In this document: positions 29,685 to 39,938 of the stretch, one piece after another
Numbering within the stretch: the first letter of the stretch is position 1
Layout of the letters: each line of letters begins with the position of its first letter
Origin: a virus
Length of the DNA stretch: 64,000 nt
Strand: one strand, 5' to 3'
Virus record (IMG/VR): IMGVR_UViG_3300032241_002679
Coordinates: 32,001-96,000 of that record
Program-made: the position numbers and the translations under genes
The notes under the pieces: model-generated
The model's input: only the letters and a program-made list of their open reading frames with translations
The model's database searches: none
Told to the model about the DNA's origin: nothing

Positions 29685-30047
29685 ATGGATACTAGACCTA
29701 AAACAATTTTTCTTGATATTGATGGGACATTAGTTGAACATTCTGAAAATATTTCAAAACAATACGTACATACTCCAAAATTATTAAACGGGACACTTGA
29801 AAAATTAGCGGAATGGGATAAAAAAGGTTATAATATTATTCTAACCACTGGAAGAAAAGAAAGTGGTAGAGCCGCAACAGAAAAACAATTATTAGAGTTA
29901 GGAATATTTTATGATCAGTTAATTATGGGAATTGGTGGTGGTATTAGAGTCCTAATTAACGATAGAAAAAAAAATAAAACATATGATACAGCAGTATCAA
30001 TAAACCTTGACAGAAATGAGGGTATTAGTTCAATTAAAGATTTATGA
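29685..30047 (+). CDS. Small capless HAD-family phosphatase
   Basis: IFLDIDGTL, LTTGR, LINDR; ATG 29685. Confidence 0.85.
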   Translation: MDTRPKTIFLDIDGTLVEHSENISKQYVHTPKLLNGTLEKLAEWDKKGYNIILTTGRKESGRAATEKQLLELGIFYDQLIMGIGGGIRVLINDRKKNKTYDTAVSINLDRNEGISSIKDL

Positions 30048-30394
30048 AAGAAGTAATAAAAATAGATAAGCCATGGGGTTTTGAAAGATGGATTGAAGTT
30101 AATGATAATTATGTGGTTAAAGAATTATTCATGAAAGCTGGTAACAGCTGTAGCTTACAATATCATGAAAAAAAACATGAAACTTTTTATGTAATTAAGG
30201 GTCAGTTAAAATTTTATGTTGGCTTGACTAAAGATTTATTGACTGAAATGATCCTTAAAGAGGGTGAACACTATACAATAGAACCATTTGTCATTCATAG
30301 AATGGAAGCAATGATAGATAGTCTATATTTAGAAAGTTCGACCAATTTTTTATATGATGTAATTAGAATAGAAGATAAATATGGAAGAGTATAA
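30044..30394 (+). CDS. Cupin, mannose-6-phosphate isomerase type II C-terminal-like
   Basis: KPWG, SLQYHEKKHETFYV, IHRM, DVIRIEDKYGR. Confidence 0.85.
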   Translation: MKEVIKIDKPWGFERWIEVNDNYVVKELFMKAGNSCSLQYHEKKHETFYVIKGQLKFYVGLTKDLLTEMILKEGEHYTIEPFVIHRMEAMIDSLYLESSTNFLYDVIRIEDKYGRV

Positions 30395-31955
30395 AGTTTT
30401 AATAACAACCAGTGGTATTGGTACTAGATTAGGTGATTTGACAAAATATACCAACAAAGCATTAGTTAGAGTTGGAAAGAAGCCAGCTATTTCATATATA
30501 GTTGAGCATTATCCTTTGGATGTTGAATTGGTTATTACCTTAGGTTATTTTGGAAATCAAATAAGAGATTTTTTAAGTTTAGCTTATCCAAATAGAAAAT
30601 TTAAATTTATTGAAGTTGATAAATATGATGGTGAGGGATCAAGCTTAGGATATTCTTTGTTAAAAGCTAAAAATGAATTACAATGTCCATTTATTTTTCA
30701 CGCTTCGGATACCATTATAGATAAAAAAGATTTAATAAAAAAACCCTTAGTTAATTGGTTGGGCGTTTGTTATAAAGAAAATACATCACAATATAGAACA
30801 GTATCATTCAATCACAATAATATGATTTATGATAAAGGGGATATGAATTCTAATTTTGTATATATAGGATTAGCTGGGATAAATGACTATCAAAAATTTT
30901 GGTCTGCTTTAGAAAAAGAATATATCAGTAATCCAAATAATTCTAGTCTTAGTGATTGCCATGCTATAAATAAAATGTTTATCAATAAATGGGAAACTTA
31001 CGAATATAATAATTGGTTAGATATAGGTAATGCCTCAGATTTAAAACATTCAAGAGAATTAATAAGTGATAAATTTGAATTATTAGATAAAGTAGACGAG
31101 TCAATTTTTATATTTGAAAATTTTGTTATTAAATTTTTTTATGATAAAACCATATGCTTAAATAGGGTTAAAAGAGCTAAAGAATTAGAAGGACTAGTGC
31201 CTAAAATAATAGGATTTACTGATAATTTCTATAAATATAAATTAGCCAAGGGGGAATTATTATCATCAATAATATCTGAACCCGTATTTCATAATTTTTT
31301 AAAATTTAGTAAAGAAAAATTATGGATTAAATATGATAACTCTGATGAATTTAAAAAAAAATGTAATGATTTTTATTTTACAAAAACATTAAAACGATTA
31401 GATATGTTTTATAAAGAACATAAAATTGTTGATAATGAATGTTTAATAAACAATATTAGTATACCGTCATTATTATCAATGATAAATAGTATAGATAAAG
31501 ATTGGTTATGCTCTAATCAAGAGTATCAGTTTCATGGTGATTATATATTAGATAATATTATATTAAATGAAAATAATGATTTTACATTATTAGACTGGAG
31601 ACAAGATTTTGCTGGTGATCTTAAAAATGGTGATATTTATTATGATTTGGCTAAATTAAATCATAACTTATTATTTAATCATGATATTGTAAACAAAGGA
31701 TTATTTTCAATTACTAAAGAAAATAATAATAATAATATGTCAATAATTAAATGTGATATATTAAGAAGTGATAAATTAACTAATTGTCGTGAAATATTAC
31801 ATGAATGGATTAAGGAAAATGAGTTGGATTTAAAAAAAGTCAAAGTATTAACCGCTATTATTTGGTTAAATATGTCACCACTTCATGATTATAAAATGGG
31901 TGAATTCTTATATTATTTTGGGCTTTTTAATCTTTACAAAGCGTTGAATAATTAA
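30381..31955 (+). CDS. Nucleotidyltransferase fused to an APH/choline kinase-like domain
   Basis: ITTSGIGTRLG...NKALV, WLDIG; then FHGDYILDNII, LLDWR, GDIYYDLAKL. Confidence 0.85.
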   Translation: MEEYKVLITTSGIGTRLGDLTKYTNKALVRVGKKPAISYIVEHYPLDVELVITLGYFGNQIRDFLSLAYPNRKFKFIEVDKYDGEGSSLGYSLLKAKNELQCPFIFHASDTIIDKKDLIKKPLVNWLGVCYKENTSQYRTVSFNHNNMIYDKGDMNSNFVYIGLAGINDYQKFWSALEKEYISNPNNSSLSDCHAINKMFINKWETYEYNNWLDIGNASDLKHSRELISDKFELLDKVDESIFIFENFVIKFFYDKTICLNRVKRAKELEGLVPKIIGFTDNFYKYKLAKGELLSSIISEPVFHNFLKFSKEKLWIKYDNSDEFKKKCNDFYFTKTLKRLDMFYKEHKIVDNECLINNISIPSLLSMINSIDKDWLCSNQEYQFHGDYILDNIILNENNDFTLLDWRQDFAGDLKNGDIYYDLAKLNHNLLFNHDIVNKGLFSITKENNNNNMSIIKCDILRSDKLTNCREILHEWIKENELDLKKVKVLTAIIWLNMSPLHDYKMGEFLYYFGLFNLYKALNN

Positions 31956-31967
31956 TATATTATTAAT

Positions 31968-32972
31968 ATGAAACAGACTAAAATATTTATAGGACCAATG
32001 AGTAAAAACATCGTTGATACCGTAATAAAATATTCAAATGAGTATAATATTAAATTAGGATTAATAGCCTCACGAAGACAAATCGAAAATACTGGTGGTT
32101 ATGTAAATAATTGGACGACAAAAGATTTTTGTGAATATGTAAGAAATAAATCTAAAAATGTTATCTTAGTTAGAGATCACGCTGGGCCGAATCAGGGTGA
32201 TATATTTGAAGATGGTATAGAATCTTTTAAAGAGGATTGTAAACCTAATATGTTTGATGTTATACATGTTGATGTATGGAAAAAATATAATGATTATGAA
32301 GACGGGTTAAAAGCTACAATAGAATTTATAAATTTAGGATATAATATTAATCCAAATGTATGTTATGAAGTTGGAACTGAAGAAGCTATTAGGGCAACTA
32401 CTCCAGAAGAATTAAATCAATTGTTAAGCGATTTAAAAAAAATATTAAATCATGATGTTTATTCTAAAATAAAATACGCTGTTATACAGTCTGGTACTGC
32501 TTTAAGCGGTAATAAAAATACTGGTCAGTTCAATCAAAATAGATTAAAAAAAATGATTGATGTTGTTAACAATTATTCTTTAATATCTAAAGAACATAAT
32601 GGTGATTATATAACTGATGAACTACTCAGATTAAAATTCAATAATGGATTAGATAGTATAAATATAGCACCAGAATTTGGTCAGATAGAGACTAAAATAA
32701 TTCTTCAGGAAATAAAGGAAAATTTTACGGAATTATATGATGAATTTTATAATATATGTCTAGAATCAAAAAAATGGGTTAAATGGGTTGATAAAAATTT
32801 TAATCCTAATAAAAATAAAGATGAACTAATCAACATATCTGGGCATTATGTTTTATCAAATCCAAAGTTCGTTGAATTAAAATGTAAATTATCTAAAAAT
32901 ATAGATGATTTAATAAAATTGGAAATTGAAAAAAAAATACAAAATTTAATAAATTTAAGTAATAATGAATAA
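31968..32972 (+). CDS. GatZ/KbaZ-like TIM-barrel (putative sugar-phosphate epimerase)
   Basis: IASRRQI...GGYV, RDHAGP, IHVD, YEVGTEE, VIQSGT, KEHNGDY, INIAPEFG. Confidence 0.75.
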   Translation: MKQTKIFIGPMSKNIVDTVIKYSNEYNIKLGLIASRRQIENTGGYVNNWTTKDFCEYVRNKSKNVILVRDHAGPNQGDIFEDGIESFKEDCKPNMFDVIHVDVWKKYNDYEDGLKATIEFINLGYNINPNVCYEVGTEEAIRATTPEELNQLLSDLKKILNHDVYSKIKYAVIQSGTALSGNKNTGQFNQNRLKKMIDVVNNYSLISKEHNGDYITDELLRLKFNNGLDSINIAPEFGQIETKIILQEIKENFTELYDEFYNICLESKKWVKWVDKNFNPNKNKDELINISGHYVLSNPKFVELKCKLSKNIDDLIKLEIEKKIQNLINLSNNE

Positions 32973-33753
32973 TAGATGCGCCTTTGTTATATTTGCTCAT
33001 AATAATATACAGACTAACGATGATATAGATGACATGATAAAAAACATTAATTATTTTCATGATAATTGTGATTTTTATATAAATCATCCGACTCTAAATC
33101 ATGATAAAGTAAAAATAAGACATAGATTAGGTCCACTTAATTACTCTAGTTTTATTTTTGGTGCGTTTGAGGCATTATTAAAAAAATTAACAATTGAAGA
33201 GATAAATAGTTTCAATCATTTTTGTTTGGTATCAGCCAATCAATATTTTATCAATAAATTTAACTTTCAAAAAAATGTAAATTATTTACAATTTTTAAAT
33301 ACTGAAAATTGGGAGGAGACATATATTGGCAAAGATAGTAGTAAAAAAATTATAGGATTCCCACTTCAACAACCATACGGTAGATGGGACCCTAAAGATA
33401 TGTATAAAACTTTAAATATTGAATCCCCAATGTCCGCTAATTGGGAATGTGCGGTGTTAACAAATAATGCAATGTTATTGGCTAAAGAACATATTGATAA
33501 ATGTCTTGAAATTTATCCTAATCAAGACATGATTAATATCTTTCCACCATATATGGCTTTATTAAGCGGAGAACCATGGGAATTTCCTAAACATTTTGGT
33601 ACATATGATCCATCTAATAAAGCTAAAAATTGGATTATTACAATACCCCAAGTAAAACAAAAATATGAAGAAGGTTATTATAGTATAAAAAGAGTTAATT
33701 ATCAAAAAAACTGTCCAGTAAAAGAATTTATAAGAAAAACATATATGGTATGA
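32965..33753 (+). CDS. Hypothetical protein, possible glycosyltransferase
   Basis: 262-aa ORF in the operon; FCLVSANQYF and IKRV recall GT14/DUF-like proteins only weakly. Confidence 0.55.
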   Translation: MNNRCAFVIFAHNNIQTNDDIDDMIKNINYFHDNCDFYINHPTLNHDKVKIRHRLGPLNYSSFIFGAFEALLKKLTIEEINSFNHFCLVSANQYFINKFNFQKNVNYLQFLNTENWEETYIGKDSSKKIIGFPLQQPYGRWDPKDMYKTLNIESPMSANWECAVLTNNAMLLAKEHIDKCLEIYPNQDMINIFPPYMALLSGEPWEFPKHFGTYDPSNKAKNWIITIPQVKQKYEEGYYSIKRVNYQKNCPVKEFIRKTYMV

Positions 33754-34070
33754 AAAAAGATAACTTAAAAAATTTTATTAACGGTTGGTTTATTGGTAAT
33801 TTTAATCCGTCATTATTATTAACAGATAATTTTGAAATTGCTGTTAAACGTTATAAAGCTGGAAATTCAGAAAAAAGCCACGTACATAAAATAGCAACTG
33901 AATATACGATAATAATAGATGGCGAAGTTGAAATGAATAAAAACAAATATTTAAAAGATGATATAATAATAATTGAGCCAAATAATTGGACGGATTTTTA
34001 TTGTTTAACAGACGTTACTACTTTAGTTATTAAAATACCATCAGTAAAGGAAGACAAATATTTTGATTAA
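33750..34070 (+). CDS. Cupin-domain protein
   Basis: GWFIGNF, HVHKIATE, VIKIPSVKEDKY. Confidence 0.75.
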   Translation: MKKDNLKNFINGWFIGNFNPSLLLTDNFEIAVKRYKAGNSEKSHVHKIATEYTIIIDGEVEMNKNKYLKDDIIIIEPNNWTDFYCLTDVTTLVIKIPSVKEDKYFD

Positions 34071-34758
34071 AATATTTATGCATATAGCAACAATGGGCGA
34101 GTATCAAAAAATAGGCTCAGAATTACTCGAAAAAATTATAATATCCGATTTATTATTATTTTGTGATGAATTAAATATATGCATTGTTGGAGATGGTATT
34201 TTTGAAATACCATATCAATCTGATAAAATTAAAATTCATAAATTAGGTCAAATACATGAATTTGAATTTCCAACACTTCAATTTATTGAAAATGTTATTC
34301 AAGAAACAAAAGAAAATATTAAAATTTTTTATTTAAATGGATTAGGTGTTACTAATAACACTATTTACAAACAGAGTTGGAGAAAATATTTAAGTTATTT
34401 CAATATTATTAAATTTAATAAATGTGTTGAAGCATTAGATAATGGATATGATATTTGTGGTGTTGACTGGAGAACTCATCCAGTACCACATTATTCTGGT
34501 AATTTTTGGTGGGCTAATTCTGATTATTTAAAAACTCTTCCTAAAATAGAATCCCTAAATAAATCAAATTCACCAATTATATTGACTTTAAGGCATAATG
34601 CTGAAATGTATATTGGCATGAATTCTAATGTTAAACCTAGAATTTTACATCAAAGCACTGTATCTCAATACACTAGACATCTAAAAGAATATGATGAAAA
34701 AAATTATATAGATAAAATTTCAGAAGAGGATATTATTATAGATCTCATACCAGATTAA
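34063..34758 (+). CDS. Putative glycosyltransferase-like protein
   Basis: FEFPTL, WRKYL, HYSGNFWWANSDYLKTLP; TTG start overlaps the upstream stop. Confidence 0.6.
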   Translation: MIKIFMHIATMGEYQKIGSELLEKIIISDLLLFCDELNICIVGDGIFEIPYQSDKIKIHKLGQIHEFEFPTLQFIENVIQETKENIKIFYLNGLGVTNNTIYKQSWRKYLSYFNIIKFNKCVEALDNGYDICGVDWRTHPVPHYSGNFWWANSDYLKTLPKIESLNKSNSPIILTLRHNAEMYIGMNSNVKPRILHQSTVSQYTRHLKEYDEKNYIDKISEEDIIIDLIPD

Positions 34759-34813
34759 TAAAATAAGCTTGCCTTTATAAAAAAAATGCCTACATTATAA
34801 AAAATAAAATTAA

Positions 34814-36112
34814 ATGAATATTGAACAAATATTATCAAATTTAAAAGATTATATTAAAAACAATAAACCAAAATATTTGTATAATCAATCATTTATTGCA
34901 GGTAAAAGTCAAGTATTATACTCAGGGCCATATTGGGATGAAGCTGAAATAATTGCGGCCATAAATACTTTTATTACTGGTAAATGGGTAGTCGCTGGTG
35001 AAAATGTCCATAAATTTGAATCCACTTTTGCTAAAATGTTTTCTGTTAAGTTTGCTCACATGGTAAATTCTGGAAGTTCAGCTAATTTAATACTCATAGC
35101 TGGGCTTAAAAAATATTTTAATTGGGAAGATGATGATGAGGTAATTGTATCACCAGTAGGATTTCCAACCACTATTTCCACATTAGTACAGAATAATCTA
35201 AAACCAGTTTTTATAGATATAGAATATAATACACTTAATTTTGATATAACTAAAATAGAAGAAAAAATAACATCTAAGACTAAAGCAATTTTTGTATCAC
35301 CAGTATTAGGTAATCCACCAGACATGGATTTTTTAACTAGTTTATGCGAAAAATATAATATTAAATTAATTGGTGATAGTTGTGATAGTTTAGGTACTAA
35401 ATGGAATGGTAAACATTTAAGTAATTATTATGTTGCGTGGTCCTCATCTTTTTATCCAGCTCATCACATTTCAACTGGTGAGGGTGGTATGGTATGTACT
35501 GACATAAATGAACTAAATAAATTATTTATTAGTTTTTCATGGTGGGGTAGAGATTGTTATTGTGTCGGGTCATCAAATCTTTTATCCTGCGGTACTTGCG
35601 GTAATAGATTTGATAAATGGCTTGATTCATATGATGGAATTATTGATCATAAATATGTTTTTACAACTATGGGATATAACCTTAAGCCGATGGATTTACA
35701 AGGTTCTATAGGATTAGTTCAACTAACAAAATTTGATGAAATAGAAATAAAAAGAAAAAACAGTAAATGTAGAATTGAATCTATTTTACTAGAAAACGTA
35801 AATAATTTAAAAGGTGTCACAACACTTACTAATGCTGATGTTTGTTGGTTTGGTACCCCCTTTATTTGTGATAATAAAGAAATGAAAAATAAATTAGTAA
35901 CATTTTTAGAGGAAAATAAAATACAAACAAGAAATTATTTTGCGGGAAATATTCTCATGCATCCAGCTTATAGACATTTAGATGATTTAACAAAATATCC
36001 AAATGCTAATCAGGTATTAGATAATGTATTTTTTTTAGGAGCTGCGCCACATTATGATGAAGAAATTTTTAATTATATAGAAAATATTTTTAAAGAAAAA
36101 TGGATAAATTAA
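34814..36112 (+). CDS. rfbH: CDP-4-keto-6-deoxyglucose 3-dehydrase (RfbH/DdhC; DegT/DnrJ family)
   Basis: VNSGSSANL, SFYPAHHISTGEGG (His in place of the PLP Lys), WGRDCYC...TC cysteines, DHKYVF...GYNLK, TRNYFAGN. Confidence 0.9.
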   Translation: MNIEQILSNLKDYIKNNKPKYLYNQSFIAGKSQVLYSGPYWDEAEIIAAINTFITGKWVVAGENVHKFESTFAKMFSVKFAHMVNSGSSANLILIAGLKKYFNWEDDDEVIVSPVGFPTTISTLVQNNLKPVFIDIEYNTLNFDITKIEEKITSKTKAIFVSPVLGNPPDMDFLTSLCEKYNIKLIGDSCDSLGTKWNGKHLSNYYVAWSSSFYPAHHISTGEGGMVCTDINELNKLFISFSWWGRDCYCVGSSNLLSCGTCGNRFDKWLDSYDGIIDHKYVFTTMGYNLKPMDLQGSIGLVQLTKFDEIEIKRKNSKCRIESILLENVNNLKGVTTLTNADVCWFGTPFICDNKEMKNKLVTFLEENKIQTRNYFAGNILMHPAYRHLDDLTKYPNANQVLDNVFFLGAAPHYDEEIFNYIENIFKEKWIN

Positions 36113-36804
36113 AAGTATTAGTTTTAGGTGATGGATTATTAGGTGCTGAAATAGTAAAGCAGACTAATTGGGATTATATATCTAGAAAAAAAGATAATTT
36201 AGATATAAATAATATATATCAATACATTCCTAAAGATAATAGTTTAAATCCGATACATAATGTTATTATTAATTGCATAGCAAATACGGATACATATTCA
36301 AACGATAAACAAAATCATTGGGAAACAAATTATGTCTTTGTAAAAAAATTAATAGATTTTTGTAATAACTATAATATTAAATTAGTACACATTTCTAGTG
36401 ATTATCTTTATGCTGGTTCGATATCAAATGCATCAGAGAATGATATTCCAGTTCATTGTAATACTTGGTATGGCTATACCAAACTATTAAGTGATGGGTT
36501 AGTTCAATTAGAATCCAGTAATTATTTATTATGCAGATGTACACATAAACCATATCCTTTTCCATATGAAGGAGCTTGGATAAATCAAATTGGTAATTTT
36601 GATTATGTTAATGTTATAGCTGAGCTTATAATTAAAATGATACAAAAAAATTTATTTGGTTTATATAATGTGGGTACCGAAATTAAAACGATGTATGAAT
36701 TAGCATCTAAAACTAAATCAGTAGTGAAAACGTTTGCCCCGAGTCATGTGCCCAAAAATCAATCAATGGATATAAATAAGATGAAAGAAAATTTATTATT
36801 ATGA
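36100..36804 (+). CDS. RmlD-like nucleotide-sugar reductase
   Basis: VLGDGLLG, INCIANT, VHISSDY, YGYTK. Confidence 0.8.
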   Translation: MDKLKVLVLGDGLLGAEIVKQTNWDYISRKKDNLDINNIYQYIPKDNSLNPIHNVIINCIANTDTYSNDKQNHWETNYVFVKKLIDFCNNYNIKLVHISSDYLYAGSISNASENDIPVHCNTWYGYTKLLSDGLVQLESSNYLLCRCTHKPYPFPYEGAWINQIGNFDYVNVIAELIIKMIQKNLFGLYNVGTEIKTMYELASKTKSVVKTFAPSHVPKNQSMDINKMKENLLL

Positions 36805-37754
36805 TAAATATAAATTATTTTTCTAATTCTAGATTAGAAATCTATCCACTTATATTTCATTTTTTAAAAAAAATAAAGACTGAAAATAAGAAAAATATAA
36901 AATTAAATATATTAACTACACAAGATAAAATTGATTTTTTTGAAAAATATATTGATGAAGATTTAAATACTGTTATTCTTACGTTTAATAATGGGTTTAA
37001 TTATACGGAGAAATTAAAATATGTTTTAGAATTAGATTCTGAATACTCTATTAAATTAGATGAAGATTGTATAATTAATAATCATATTTGGGATTATATG
37101 ATTGAAAATTGTGGTATATTAAATGATGAAAATAATTTATTATTGAGCCCATTATTATCGACCACGCTTCCATCTTGTGATGAATTTATAAATGAATTTT
37201 TGTCTAATGAAGAAGGGGAAAAAATAAAAAAATATTTTTTATCTCAAGAAATGCCAAATGGTTTATTTAATGTTGACTATTCTCCACTCAATAAATATAC
37301 TATTTATGCTAAGGAATGGATACCTAATGATTATTATAAAGGTCTAAGTGAATTAAAAACTAATATTAAAGGTATGCATCCTATGAGAATATCTTATAAT
37401 GCTCAAACAAATATAAATGATTTTATTTTAGATAATTATCAAAAACTTTTAAATAAAAATCAATATAGTATTTTTGAAATAAATTCGCCATATTTTACCA
37501 ATAATTTATTTTTAATAAAAACAAATACATGGAAAAATATATTTAATTTATATGGCAGTATCTATGACGAAATTCCTATTTCAGATTTTAAAAATAAATA
37601 CAATAAAAGATTTATGTTTATTAAAAATGGGTTTGGCATACATACCATGTATAATACAATATATGGTAATAATAATAAATGGAATATAGGCGGTATGGAT
37701 TCAGAAGAAAAAGAATTAGCCTTTATATCTAATTTAAAAAAAATAATATTATGA
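36801..37754 (+). CDS. Putative GT-A glycosyltransferase
   Basis: YSIKLDED (DxD); cluster context. Confidence 0.55.
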   Translation: MININYFSNSRLEIYPLIFHFLKKIKTENKKNIKLNILTTQDKIDFFEKYIDEDLNTVILTFNNGFNYTEKLKYVLELDSEYSIKLDEDCIINNHIWDYMIENCGILNDENNLLLSPLLSTTLPSCDEFINEFLSNEEGEKIKKYFLSQEMPNGLFNVDYSPLNKYTIYAKEWIPNDYYKGLSELKTNIKGMHPMRISYNAQTNINDFILDNYQKLLNKNQYSIFEINSPYFTNNLFLIKTNTWKNIFNLYGSIYDEIPISDFKNKYNKRFMFIKNGFGIHTMYNTIYGNNNKWNIGGMDSEEKELAFISNLKKIIL

Positions 37755-38395
37755 TACATTGCATAGGGGATAGTCACGCTTCAGTATTTTGTGGTAAAGA
37801 AGAAATGCAACCAATATGGCCACAAATTTCCGATGATAAAACACCTTTTTTTAAGACTTATAGAATTGGAGCTGCTACAGCATATCAATTAGATAATAAA
37901 AAACCAATAATTAATGAAATAATTCGTCTTAAAGTAGATATTAAAAATGATTCTGTTTTATTTTGTTTTGGTGAGGTTGATATTAGGGCTCATCTTTTAA
38001 AACAAGTGGAATTACAAAAAAAATCAATATCTGAAATTGTTAAAGAATGTGTTGACAGATATTTTTCGACTTTATTATATTATAAAAATTTAAACATTGA
38101 TGTTATTGCTTGGGGGCCAATTGCTTCTTGGCATGAATCAAAAAAATATACAGGAGGTCCATCTTTTGGTACATGTTTAGAAAGAAATATAGTAACGGAA
38201 GAATTTAATAAATATTTAGAAGAATTATGCGTAAAAAATAATATTAAATTTGTCACAATATTTTATAAAATGATTGATGAAAATAAAATAACTAATCCAT
38301 ATTATTTAGATAATTGGGAAGGTTCACATATGCATTTAAGTCAAACAGCTATGCCATTAATATTAAACGCTTTTTCTGAAAAAAAATTTATATGA
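37751..38395 (+). CDS. SGNH/GDSL hydrolase-like protein
   Basis: IGDSH, FGEVDIR, C-terminal MHL. Confidence 0.75.
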   Translation: MIHCIGDSHASVFCGKEEMQPIWPQISDDKTPFFKTYRIGAATAYQLDNKKPIINEIIRLKVDIKNDSVLFCFGEVDIRAHLLKQVELQKKSISEIVKECVDRYFSTLLYYKNLNIDVIAWGPIASWHESKKYTGGPSFGTCLERNIVTEEFNKYLEELCVKNNIKFVTIFYKMIDENKITNPYYLDNWEGSHMHLSQTAMPLILNAFSEKKFI

Positions 38396-38835
38396 TATTA
38401 ATAGCACATAGGGGGAATATAAATGGAAAATTTGAATCTTATGAAAACGAACCAACTTATATTGATAAAGCAATAAATGATGGATTTGAAGCTGAAATTG
38501 ATGTTTGGTATATAAATGGTATTTTATTTTTAGGTCATGATAAACCACAATATGGTGAAAACTTAAAGTGGTTTATAGATAGAATGACAAAACTTTGGAT
38601 ACATTGCAAAAATATTGAAGCTATTGAATTTTTCAACAAATTAGAGTACAAATTTAATTATTTTTGGCATGAAAATGATACTGTAACTCTTACATCTAGA
38701 GGTTATATTTGGGCATATCCTAATAAACAACCTATAATTAATAGTATTGCAGTAATGCCAGAAATTAATAATGAAAAAATAGATCACTGTGCTGGTATAT
38801 GTAGCGATGTAATTTCAAATTATAAAAAAATATGA
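38392..38835 (+). CDS. Glycerophosphodiester phosphodiesterase-like protein
   Basis: IAHRGN, EN, EIDVW, LGHD, WIHCKN, GICSD. Confidence 0.8.
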   Translation: MILIAHRGNINGKFESYENEPTYIDKAINDGFEAEIDVWYINGILFLGHDKPQYGENLKWFIDRMTKLWIHCKNIEAIEFFNKLEYKFNYFWHENDTVTLTSRGYIWAYPNKQPIINSIAVMPEINNEKIDHCAGICSDVISNYKKI

Positions 38836-38895
38836 ATAAATTATTAGTAACTAAATGTGAATACCATTCTTACAAAATTTAAAATAATTTAAGTT

Positions 38896-39918
38896 ATGAA
38901 AAATAAAAAAGCATTAATAACTGGAATAAATGGTCAAGATGGTAGCTATCTTGCCGAATTATTACTCTCAAAAAATTATGAAGTATGGGGAACTATTAAA
39001 AGAAATTCTGTATCTGAAACACAGTCAACAAGAATTGAACACTTAAGATCTAAAAATTTAATAAAATTAGAATATGCTGACTTAACAGATATGTCATCAC
39101 TTGTTCGAATATTATCCCATATTCAACCAGATGAGGTTTATAATTTAGCAGCACAATCACATGTTAGAATTAGCTTTGATCAACCAATTTATACCGCAAA
39201 TGTTGTTGCCATAGGAACACTTAATTTATTAGAAGCAATTAGAATTGTTTCACCAAAATCAAAATTTTATCAAGCTAGTTCTTCTGAAATGTTTGGTAAT
39301 ACAATTGATGAAGACGGATATCAAAGAGAAACAACAAAAATGAATCCTGTTTCTCCATATGGTTGTTCTAAAGTTTTTTCGTATAATATTTGTAAAAATT
39401 ATCGTAATTCATATGGGATGAAAATATGGAATGGTATTTTATTTAATCATGAATCCCCAAGAAGAGGAACTAATTTTGTGACAAATAAAGTTGTCAAATC
39501 AGCCGTTAAAATAAAGTTAGGTTTACAAGATTTTTTATATCTTGGTAATTTAGATGCCACAAGAGATTGGGGACATGCAAAAGATTATGTCGAGGCCATG
39601 TGGATGATGTTACAAACTGATACACCAGATGACTATGTTTGCGCAACTGGAATATCACATTCAGTTAAAGACCTTTGTGAGTACACATTTTCAAAATTAG
39701 AAATGAATTATCAAGATTATGTTAAAATAGAGGAAAAACACTTAAGACCAGAGGAATTAAATGTTTTAAAGGGTGATGCAACTAAATTAAAAAAAAATGT
39801 AAATTGGAAACCAAAATATACATTTGAAACTATGTTAGACGAAATGATTAATTATTGGATTAATCATTATGAAAATAATAACATCTATAATATTAATGAA
39901 GTTAATACAATATTTTGA
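38896..39918 (+). CDS. gmd: GDP-mannose 4,6-dehydratase
   Basis: ALITGINGQDGSYLAE, YNLAAQSHV, YQASSSE, SPYGCSK, GILFNHESPRRG, RDWGHAKDY. Confidence 0.95.
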   Translation: MKNKKALITGINGQDGSYLAELLLSKNYEVWGTIKRNSVSETQSTRIEHLRSKNLIKLEYADLTDMSSLVRILSHIQPDEVYNLAAQSHVRISFDQPIYTANVVAIGTLNLLEAIRIVSPKSKFYQASSSEMFGNTIDEDGYQRETTKMNPVSPYGCSKVFSYNICKNYRNSYGMKIWNGILFNHESPRRGTNFVTNKVVKSAVKIKLGLQDFLYLGNLDATRDWGHAKDYVEAMWMMLQTDTPDDYVCATGISHSVKDLCEYTFSKLEMNYQDYVKIEEKHLRPEELNVLKGDATKLKKNVNWKPKYTFETMLDEMINYWINHYENNNIYNINEVNTIF

Positions 39919-39938
39919 TATTTATACAAAAAGACTGC

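Noticed and set aside
15446-39918. Bacterial O-antigen/capsule locus from a host chromosome
   Set aside because: The cluster is contiguous and translationally coupled with phage genes, is flanked by T4-like structural modules and has no obvious wzx/wzy/wzm/wzt.
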